From a virus: DNA of 64,000 nt. The stretch spans positions 35,714 through 99,713 of the IMG/VR virus record IMGVR_UViG_3300021142_000014, one strand, 5' to 3'. How positions within the stretch are numbered: position 1 is the first letter of the stretch; each line of letters starts with the position of its first letter. Positions 56,898-64,000 of the stretch are shown here, one piece after another. A model generated the notes under the pieces. The model was not told the DNA's origin. It saw nothing but the letters and a program-made list of their open reading frames with translations, and searched no databases. The position numbers and the translations under genes are program-made.

Positions 56898-58049
56898 TTA
56901 TATCGCTGAGAATGGTCCTACAGTACTACCCTGGGTGGCACTTCCGCCAACCGGTGAATCAATGATACCAACACTAACATTACCAGTTGGAGCAGTCTGA
57001 TTACTAGACAAAGTTCCCAGAGATGTTACCAATGCAGAATCACTAAAGGCAGTTGCTGTAATATTGCTGTTAGTAGTAACGATTTGGATAGAGTTAATCT
57101 GAGCTGTTGTGCTATTTGAAGGTCCTTGTAGAACTCCTGTTGCAATTGTAGTGATTGTACCACCTACAGATTGTAGCAAGCTTAGCTGGTTATAGTACTG
57201 TGTTGTGTAGTTGGCTGTGTATCCAGCGCAAGCACCATATGACGAGCAAGAATACGATGTACATTGCGTAGCGTATCCTCCACAAGCTGTTCCATAACTT
57301 ATGCAGGGTGGGAAATACGGTGGAAAGAATGGTGGTGGGAAATACGGTGGAAAGAATGGTGGTGGGAAGTAAGGTGGGAAGAATGGAGGAAAGAATGGTG
57401 GAAAGAATGGTGGTGGGAAGTAAGGTGGGAAGAATGGAGGAAAGAATGGTGGAGGTGGTGGTGAGTAGCTAAGGTTGTTTGGTCTTGGAATTTCAACAGG
57501 TCGAGTATTTGGTGAATCTTCTTTTGTACGACGCTTTCGCTTAGGCAACGTTGTAGTTGCTCCCTTAGCATTTGGATCACCATAAGCACTGCTGTAACCA
57601 TAACCTGTGCAAACAGTGTAATAGCTTTGACACACTGGTCCATAGCCTGCGCATGTATAACCTGTGCAAGGATATCCACCAGTACAAGTATAGCTTGTTA
57701 TGTTATTTTGTGAGTAAGCATTGTTAACAACTGCCCACCAGTTACCAGTACTTGTCCACCAAAAAGCAATTCCAGTACCGTTTGAAGCACTCTTCAACGT
57801 CATTGTTGCGCTAGCTTTGTAAGGTATTGTAGCTAATGGGTAAGAACTAGCTGCTGTTGATGTAGTTGCTGATCCGCTTGTTGCATACCATACACCAGTT
57901 TGTGCAACCCAAAGTTGTCCACCTGGGACAGCTGTTCCTAATGATCCTGATGTTGTTCTTGCAAAAAGGTCACTAATAGGTGCTAAAGATCCTGATAGGA
58001 GCCCATAAGCACGGGCTGCAAGGTCACTTAGTGCTGAGAATAATGGCAT
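56898..58049 (-). CDS. Virion-type beta-sandwich protein with Cys-ladder stalk and Pro/Phe/Tyr-rich knob
   Basis: MP.....AARAYG N-terminus, D.F.R...SLG...W..G.W; Cys at 122,128,133,140,147 and 249,256,263,268,274; 52-residue P/F/Y tract. Confidence 0.8.
   Translation of the reverse strand: MPLFSALSDLAARAYGLLSGSLAPISDLFARTTSGSLGTAVPGGQLWVAQTGVWYATSGSATTSTAASSYPLATIPYKASATMTLKSASNGTGIAFWWTSTGNWWAVVNNAYSQNNITSYTCTGGYPCTGYTCAGYGPVCQSYYTVCTGYGYSSAYGDPNAKGATTTLPKRKRRTKEDSPNTRPVEIPRPNNLSYSPPPPPFFPPFFPPYFPPPFFPPFFPPFFPPYFPPPFFPPYFPPPFFPPYFPPCISYGTACGGYATQCTSYSCSSYGACAGYTANYTTQYYNQLSLLQSVGGTITTIATGVLQGPSNSTTAQINSIQIVTTNSNITATAFSDSALVTSLGTLSSNQTAPTGNVSVGIIDSPVGGSATQGSTVGPFSAI
57306..57461 (-). repeat. 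Coding tandem repeat for the PPFF/PPYF tract
   Basis: Two exact 27-bp units (ggtgggaaatacggtggaaagaatggt) plus a 42-bp duplication at 51-bp spacing. Confidence 0.9.
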
Positions 58050-58074
58050 TAGAAATTAATCTCCGATAATAGCA

Positions 58075-61000
58075 TTAGAACTTAGTCTGTCCGAGTAGCA
58101 TAACATACGTATTAGCTGCTGTACATATTAATGTAATAGCATAAAAGTCATAGTTTACTGTTGCATCTGCAGCAGTCCATATTGAACCACCCTGGTAATA
58201 CGCTGTTACGGTGTAAGTGTTAGTATATGCTGTTCCATGGGCAGGTAGCGTAGTACCACCGTTAACAGTGTAACCATTGATCGTAAACCCTGATGGGAGA
58301 TAGGCTGTAGAACCATTATTTGTACCAACAGTGACAGTAACGGCTTGACCAACAGTAGTTGGAGCATTGGTTATTTGGATTTGCCATGCTGATGTTGGAG
58401 CAGCAGTGTAGACATAGACTCCACCAGAAACGGTGTTGAGAACAGCAGCAGCGCTTGAAGATACTACACCAGAACTAACTACAACCTGTTCTAGAGGCGC
58501 TACTAGCAATGGGTTAGTAGCATAAGGGATAACCCCACCAGTACCAGTTGTACCGCTTACAACAGGACCTGAGACCCACTGAGAACCACTATAGATAAGC
58601 ATTGCATTGGCAGTAGGTGCACCGCTTGATACTGTGTAACCTTGTAGTTTAGTTACTTTTGCATTACCTATTGTACCAGTAAGATCTCCACCGACTGCAG
58701 AACCACTGGTCATTACAGCAGAACCACTTACGGTAACAGCTCCACTGAATGAAACGTTACCTATTTGTGTACTTGTTCCTGATACTGTAAATCCACTGGC
58801 TACAACAACGTTTCCACCACTAGTAATTGTCATTGCATCATTAGCTGCATTATTAGTTACAAAGTGTATAGCATTGTTGCCATAAGTACCAATAGCTAGA
58901 TCTGTAGAGGCTGAAGCAAGGTAAACAGCACCTGCAATGTTAAATGCACCATTACCAGTAAAGTTACTGGAGTTCATACCAAACTCACCGTAGTTAGTAC
59001 CACTTGTTCCCAAGTTATTACTTACGTTTAGGTTAGTACTTGCAGATGTACCAGAGTTGGTATTTTGAACAATAACTTGGTTATAGTTGTTAACACTATT
59101 GTTAAAACCAGCCATGATGTTAACGTCAGAGTATGAAAGTCCTCCACCGAAGTTGATTGGTGGGTTAGTAGTAGGCGTGGTAGCGTTGATTGTGTAATTA
59201 ACGTTTAGAGCACCAGAAATAGTTTCTGTACCAGTTATGCTAACGTTTCCATTAACATTGAATGGACTATTAACATTCAAAGTACCGGTAACGGTTCCTC
59301 CACTAAGTGGAAGCTTGTTAGCATCACTACCAGAAAGTGTTACTACTTGCCCTGATAAAGTTGCAATGCTGCTTGTGTTAGTAGTTACATTACCTGAAGT
59401 AGTTGCATATTGACCACTAAGGGTTGCGTATTGTCCGCTAAGGTTTGCAACATTGGTATTAGTAGTATTTAGGTTACCACTAGTTGTGTTGTATGATCCT
59501 GAAAGGGTTACAAACTGTCCAGAAAGGGTTGCAAGCGATCCACTAGTAGCAGCAATGTTACTATTTGCTGTAACCATTTGCCCTGATAGCGTTGCAATAC
59601 TGCTTGTGTTAGTAGTTACAATACCACTTGTTGATACGTACTGGCCTGAAAGAGTAGCAAGGCTACCACTAGTAGCAGCAATATTAGCATTTGCTGTAAC
59701 CATTTGACCTGATAGGGTAGAAATGCTACTTGTATTAGTGGTTACAATTCCTGAGGTTGTAGCGTATTGACCACTAAGTGTTGCAAGGTTGCTATTGGTT
59801 GTAGTTATTGAACCACTCAGTGCTAACAAGTCTCCAGAAAGATTAGTAACTTGATTTTCTGCAATTTGTATACCACTAGTTGTAATGTTGCTTATACGAC
59901 CATAGCCATCTGTAGTAATAATTGAAACATTATTGTTTGAACCATAAGTACCTGATGTACCTATAGTTGCAAGATCAATGCTATCTGGGTTAACAACAAT
60001 TCTACTTGAGTTTGCAGTGACAACATCAATTGTATTACCAGTTTTGGTAAGACCACCACCAGCATTAATTTCTCCAGCACCTGAGAATTGTGAAAATTGA
60101 ATAGTATCAGTACCAATAACAATGTCACCATTGGGACCAGTACCTGCAGAGGCCATAATATATCCATTATTAGCATTTACTGTACCGCTCTGTACGAATA
60201 TAAAATCACCAGCAGTTACTTGACCACTAATTGAATCATTGTAATCAGATGCACGAGTTAGTTTCCAAGGAATTGATGAACTACCTGTAACTGTAACTAC
60301 ATAAACACCATTTTGGGTTCCTGTAGTTTGGTCTTTAACTAGAATACGAGCACCACTAACAAATCCACTAGCTGCTATAGAATCTATTGCAAACCCAGCA
60401 TTAGTGGTTGAAGTTAGAGTAGCTCCAATGCCGTAACCACCATCTTGGTCTATTGTTCCACCACTGTATGTAGCTGTAAGGTTGCCTGTGGTTCCAGCAA
60501 ATGCAGGAGCGTGTACGTTGAGCTGTGCAACTGCAGCATCTACATATTGCTTGTTAGCTAACTCGTAAGTACCTGTAGGAAATGTTGGGTAGTAAGTAAG
60601 TCCAGAAAAAGTTGTGGTGCCTGTAAAAGTTTTAATACCACTAATAGTTTGTGTTGTTCCTAGAGTTACTGTGCTACCGCTAAGAGTAGCAAGATTAGAG
60701 TTAGTTGTATTTAAGCTACCACTAATTGAAGCAATATTTGATTCATCGGTAACTTGTTTTCCAGAGATTGTTGCTATGTTAGTTGTATTAGTAGAAATAG
60801 TTCCACTAAGTGCAGTGGAGATTGTTGGGTTAGGGTAAGTACCTTGGAGGTCACCACCGGCTGTTACGCCACTTATACTAGTAAGAACATTTATTCCACT
60901 TACAGTAAGAGTACCTGGAACATTAACATTGTGGTTGGCAGTACCTAAAACAATTTGATCTTGTGTAGAAGAAGTAGCACCAGCACCAGTGTGATCTGTA

Positions 61001-63246
61001 CCAATAGCAACAGATCCAGGTGCAGTTGCATTGGTTTGGTAACCAATTGCTGTAGCATAATTGCTACCAGTATTATTAATATTGGCTAGATAACCAATTG
61101 ATACACCAAATTCATTGTAATAATAACCGGCTTCATAACCAATAGCTACACCATCAAAATTTTGAGTAGAACCAGCATAAGCACCAATAGCTACACCATT
61201 ATTGTTACTAGATTGACCAGCATAGTTACCAATAGCTACACCAGCAGAATTGACGCTGGATATGGGAGTGTTAGCTCCTAGTGCAATATTAGTAGAATTT
61301 ACAGAAAGTGTACCAGTAACAGTTAAGTTACCAGAAATAGTACCACCTGTTCTTGGAAGAGCAGCGTAAGCTACTCCAGAAACTGTAACTAAGCTACCAC
61401 TAATTGAAGCAATATTTGATTCATCGGTAACTTGTTTTCCAGAGATTGTTGCTATGTAACTTGCTTGATTGGTAACGATACCAGAAGTGGTAGCGTATTG
61501 TCCTGAAAGCGTGGCAATGTTTGCTTCATCAGTGACTTGTTTTCCGCTTATTGTAGCTATGTAACTAGTATTATTAGTAACAATCCCTGAAGTTGTAACG
61601 TATTGACCTGATAGTGTAGCAATATTAGAAGCATCTGTAGCTTGCTTGCCAGATACACTAGCAATGTTTCCAGATATGCTAGTCATATCTGTTACTAGGT
61701 TATTTACTTGACTTTCAGCAATCTGGATTGTGTAAAGTTGTGCGTTAGTAACACGACCATTTGAATCGATAGAAAGCAATGGAGTTTGTGTAGCAGATCC
61801 ATAAGTACCACTAACACCACTAATTGTTCTAAGAGTTGGGTTAGGGTATGTCCCAGTTAAATCTCCACCAGCAGTTGTGCCAGAAAAGATTGTTCTTCCT
61901 GAAGTAGTTACAAATTGACCACTTAGAGTAACAAGAGATCCTGAGAGTGAAGCAATATTAGCTTCGTCAGTTACTTGCTTTCCACTAATAGTAGCAACAC
62001 TTCCTGATAATGTAGAGAGGTTTGAAGCGTTAGTTGAGATACCGTTATTAGCAGTGATCATTTGACCACTAAGTGTGGCAATATATCCAGTTTGGTTGGT
62101 TACAATACCTGACGTAGTATTGTATGAGCCAGAAAGTGATGCGAATTGACCACTAAGATTGGCAACATTAGAGTTAGTTGTAACTAAGTTACCTGAAAGA
62201 GTTACGTATTGACCAGAAAGTGTGGCGATGTTATTTGCTTCAGTAGCAAGAGTATTGGCTTGACCACTAACTACTACATTGAGTCCTGATATTTGTGTAT
62301 TTACACTAGCGAACCCTGAGTCTGTAGTAGTCGATAGATTATCTATTCTTGTACTTAAACCACTAACTTGAGTGTTTAAAGAATTAATGTTTGTAGTTTG
62401 ACCACTAACAGTAGAATTTAGAGTAGAAATACTTACAGATTGACCACTAGTTGTTACAAATAATGCATTGATTTGCCCACTCTGTGTATTAATTTGCCCA
62501 CTCTGTGTATTAATTTGCCCACTCTGTGTATTAATTTGCCCACTCTGTGTATTGATGTTTGTACCATTAGTGTTAATTTGGGTCTGTAAACCACTAATAG
62601 TTGTATTTAATCCACTTACTGCACTTGTTAGAATAAATATATTAATACCTGAAACATTGGTTATACGACCAGCATTATCCCATGAAAATGTTGGCAAGAA
62701 GCTTCCGCCACCACCAGAGAACGTGTCGCCAGTGTATATTGCTTTAAGTGTTGGATTAGGATAAGTACCAGCAAGGTCTCCACCAGCAGCTGTGCCTGAT
62801 ACTACTAAGGTTGAATTGCCAATTATGCTTGTTGCAAGGTTAAATTGAGCTTGTTCAATAGCTGTAGCAACAGGAAAAACATTATAATCGCTAGAAGATC
62901 CTACTGAGTGCGAAGTTGCAGTTGTTCCGTCATAGCCACGGCCATTGGTACCACTAACGTTATAAACAAAAATAGTGGTATTAACACCAAGTGAGATGGC
63001 ACCGCTAGCACACAGTATCTTTTCTTCGCTGCCTAGACCGTAATCTACAACAAGCGTAAAAGGTCCACTAGTTCCTAGTGGATTAGTGGTATTATATCCG
63101 CCTGCGCTAACTTCATACCATCCCGTGGTATTAGCTACAGTTATTGTTTGTCCGCTTGCGAATGCATAGTTAAGCGATGCTGAAAGATACGTAGGTGCAG
63201 CACCACCAGGGTATGATCGTATTACACTGGAATCTGGGAGGGCCAT
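58075..63246 (-). CDS. Long tail fibre (trimeric coiled-coil, YadA-like head repeats, GGDL.GTYPNP repeats)
   Basis: 1723 aa; heptads such as IATLSGQ; GVAIG/ATAIG/SVAIG repeats; NKQYVD; RILVKDQT..QNGVY..WKLTRA.D module. Confidence 0.88.
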   Translation of the reverse strand: MALPDSSVIRSYPGGAAPTYLSASLNYAFASGQTITVANTTGWYEVSAGGYNTTNPLGTSGPFTLVVDYGLGSEEKILCASGAISLGVNTTIFVYNVSGTNGRGYDGTTATSHSVGSSSDYNVFPVATAIEQAQFNLATSIIGNSTLVVSGTAAGGDLAGTYPNPTLKAIYTGDTFSGGGGSFLPTFSWDNAGRITNVSGINIFILTSAVSGLNTTISGLQTQINTNGTNINTQSGQINTQSGQINTQSGQINTQSGQINALFVTTSGQSVSISTLNSTVSGQTTNINSLNTQVSGLSTRIDNLSTTTDSGFASVNTQISGLNVVVSGQANTLATEANNIATLSGQYVTLSGNLVTTNSNVANLSGQFASLSGSYNTTSGIVTNQTGYIATLSGQMITANNGISTNASNLSTLSGSVATISGKQVTDEANIASLSGSLVTLSGQFVTTSGRTIFSGTTAGGDLTGTYPNPTLRTISGVSGTYGSATQTPLLSIDSNGRVTNAQLYTIQIAESQVNNLVTDMTSISGNIASVSGKQATDASNIATLSGQYVTTSGIVTNNTSYIATISGKQVTDEANIATLSGQYATTSGIVTNQASYIATISGKQVTDESNIASISGSLVTVSGVAYAALPRTGGTISGNLTVTGTLSVNSTNIALGANTPISSVNSAGVAIGNYAGQSSNNNGVAIGAYAGSTQNFDGVAIGYEAGYYYNEFGVSIGYLANINNTGSNYATAIGYQTNATAPGSVAIGTDHTGAGATSSTQDQIVLGTANHNVNVPGTLTVSGINVLTSISGVTAGGDLQGTYPNPTISTALSGTISTNTTNIATISGKQVTDESNIASISGSLNTTNSNLATLSGSTVTLGTTQTISGIKTFTGTTTFSGLTYYPTFPTGTYELANKQYVDAAVAQLNVHAPAFAGTTGNLTATYSGGTIDQDGGYGIGATLTSTTNAGFAIDSIAASGFVSGARILVKDQTTGTQNGVYVVTVTGSSSIPWKLTRASDYNDSISGQVTAGDFIFVQSGTVNANNGYIMASAGTGPNGDIVIGTDTIQFSQFSGAGEINAGGGLTKTGNTIDVVTANSSRIVVNPDSIDLATIGTSGTYGSNNNVSIITTDGYGRISNITTSGIQIAENQVTNLSGDLLALSGSITTTNSNLATLSGQYATTSGIVTTNTSSISTLSGQMVTANANIAATSGSLATLSGQYVSTSGIVTTNTSSIATLSGQMVTANSNIAATSGSLATLSGQFVTLSGSYNTTSGNLNTTNTNVANLSGQYATLSGQYATTSGNVTTNTSSIATLSGQVVTLSGSDANKLPLSGGTVTGTLNVNSPFNVNGNVSITGTETISGALNVNYTINATTPTTNPPINFGGGLSYSDVNIMAGFNNSVNNYNQVIVQNTNSGTSASTNLNVSNNLGTSGTNYGEFGMNSSNFTGNGAFNIAGAVYLASASTDLAIGTYGNNAIHFVTNNAANDAMTITSGGNVVVASGFTVSGTSTQIGNVSFSGAVTVSGSAVMTSGSAVGGDLTGTIGNAKVTKLQGYTVSSGAPTANAMLIYSGSQWVSGPVVSGTTGTGGVIPYATNPLLVAPLEQVVVSSGVVSSSAAAVLNTVSGGVYVYTAAPTSAWQIQITNAPTTVGQAVTVTVGTNNGSTAYLPSGFTINGYTVNGGTTLPAHGTAYTNTYTVTAYYQGGSIWTAADATVNYDFYAITLICTAANTYVMLLGQTKF
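60712..61457. repeat. Exact 68-bp direct repeats (60712-60779 and 61390-61457) flanking the YadA-like module
   Basis: taagctaccactaattgaagc...agagattgttgctatgt identical in both copies; offset 678 bp, in frame. Confidence 0.9.
62471..62553. repeat. 21-bp coding tandem repeat x4 (INTQSGQ heptads)
   Basis: atttgcccactctgtgtatta repeated four times without spacers. Confidence 0.95.
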
Positions 63247-63294
63247 TAAATAATACTCCTATTAATTGTTTATCTACCTGTTACTGATTACTAA

Positions 63295-63834
63295 TTAGTA
63301 TGGGTAAGAAGCAGATTGCCAAGTAGGAGTAACAGTTAGTGAGTCGCCTGAAGCTAGAGTTACGGTTGAAAGATCAGAGAATGGTGCGTACCATAGAACT
63401 GTACTTCCGCCTGAGCTACTTGATCCTACAGTACCAGTGATGGTAAGGAAGATACCGTTGATAGTAGTGTATGTAGCACCAGTGTTTGTGAATGTAAGAG
63501 GGTTAGTTCCTGAGTAAGTACAGTATTGTACAGGAATTCCTGTGCTTGTACCAATTGTAATTGTGTTAGTCTGTGGTGCTTGCCAACCAGATCCAGAAAG
63601 AGTTAGACGTGAATAACCACTGAGACCACTAGCTTCAAGAATTGGGTAAGTACCACCATTGAGGGTAAGAGGAACATCACCTGCAGCAGCGTATCCACTA
63701 ATGGTTGACCAAGTAGTGGCTGTAAGACCTAGATAAAGTGTAGAAGGAACGGCCTGTGTTCCTCTTGGAATTGCGTTCAAAAGGTAGTTAAGACCTTCCT
63801 GAGGAAAATAAAAATTAGAGTTAAAACTAGCCAT
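63295..63834 (-). CDS. Minor tail/fibre-associated structural protein
   Basis: EGL..LL, LYLGL, E.SG..GY.R, TFT, I.G.FL, L.SGD.L.VT pattern. Confidence 0.7.
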   Translation of the reverse strand: MASFNSNFYFPQEGLNYLLNAIPRGTQAVPSTLYLGLTATTWSTISGYAAAGDVPLTLNGGTYPILEASGLSGYSRLTLSGSGWQAPQTNTITIGTSTGIPVQYCTYSGTNPLTFTNTGATYTTINGIFLTITGTVGSSSSGGSTVLWYAPFSDLSTVTLASGDSLTVTPTWQSASYPY

Positions 63835-63842
63835 AGTTGCTC

Positions 63843-64000
63843 CTATATAAATTGAATGCTAATATTAAATTTGATGCTGTCTCCGTACTGCAAACCAATA
63901 CCTGGAAAACTGCTTTTTAAAAACATAAAACCAGCTTGACCCACTACAGTAGTAAGAGAAGGAATTATCGTTGTCATCATACTAGAGCCATTTACGCCCC
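63843..64000 (-). CDS. 3' end of a structural protein (partial)
   Basis: Open frame ...GFMFLKSSFPGIGLQYGDSIKFNISIQFI* from the window edge. Confidence 0.6.
   Translation of the reverse strand, partial: GVNGSSMMTTIIPSLTTVVGQAGFMFLKSSFPGIGLQYGDSIKFNISIQFI

Noticed and set aside
57264-57679. Trp-rich plus-strand ORF and His-rich alternate-frame ORF over the PPFF tract
   Set aside because: By-products of the Pro/Phe codon repeats; the 383-aa frame explains the region.
60712-61457. Diversity-generating retroelement TR/VR pair
   Set aside because: The copies are identical with no adenine-specific mismatches, and there is no reverse transcriptase in the window.
62471-62553. 21-bp repeats as a CRISPR array
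   Set aside because: Directly adjacent units without spacers; they encode in-frame heptads.
280-62764. All plus-strand ORFs in the track and the short nested minus-strand ORFs
   Set aside because: Antisense or out-of-frame shadows of long, motif-bearing, tightly coupled minus-strand genes; no RBS and no recognisable motifs.

Overview
A 64-kb, low-GC segment of a large lytic myovirus (contractile tail), most likely infecting an Actinobacterium. WhiB, an Rpf-like muralytic protein, an MSMEG_6728-family glycosylase and a probable leaderless transcript point to that host, and the gene set resembles Bxz1-like or freshwater actinophages. Essentially every real gene is on the minus strand. In transcription order (high to low coordinates) the window contains: (1) tail-fibre genes; (2) a protein-modification island made of a Cys-laddered Pro/Phe-rich putative substrate, two 2OG-Fe(II) hydroxylases, a sulfotransferase, APS kinase, a PrmC-like methyltransferase and paired unknowns; (3) a very basic repeat protein and an NlpC/P60 hydrolase; (4) neck, sheath, tube, frameshifted tail chaperones, tape measure and baseplate genes; (5) an SNF2-type helicase; (6) an Rpf-WhiB-GT2-GT4-GT17-methyltransferase operon and two tRNAs; (7) a full replication module (HslV-like protease, 5'-3' exonuclease, LuxC-like reductase, Sm-like protein, helicase loader, DnaB, primase, SSB, GroES, DnaE, RecA). 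The strongest candidates for an undescribed system are two. The first is a pervasive Ser-Gly dipeptide enrichment restricted to surface-exposed virion proteins, which suggests a sequon for phage-encoded, possibly sulfated, glycan coating. The second is a virion-type protein with a perfectly mirrored 5+5 cysteine ladder that presents an extensin-like PPFF/PPYF repeat knob directly upstream of hydroxylase, sulfotransferase and methyltransferase genes. All product calls come from motifs recognised by eye, not from database searches, and the counts are hand counts.
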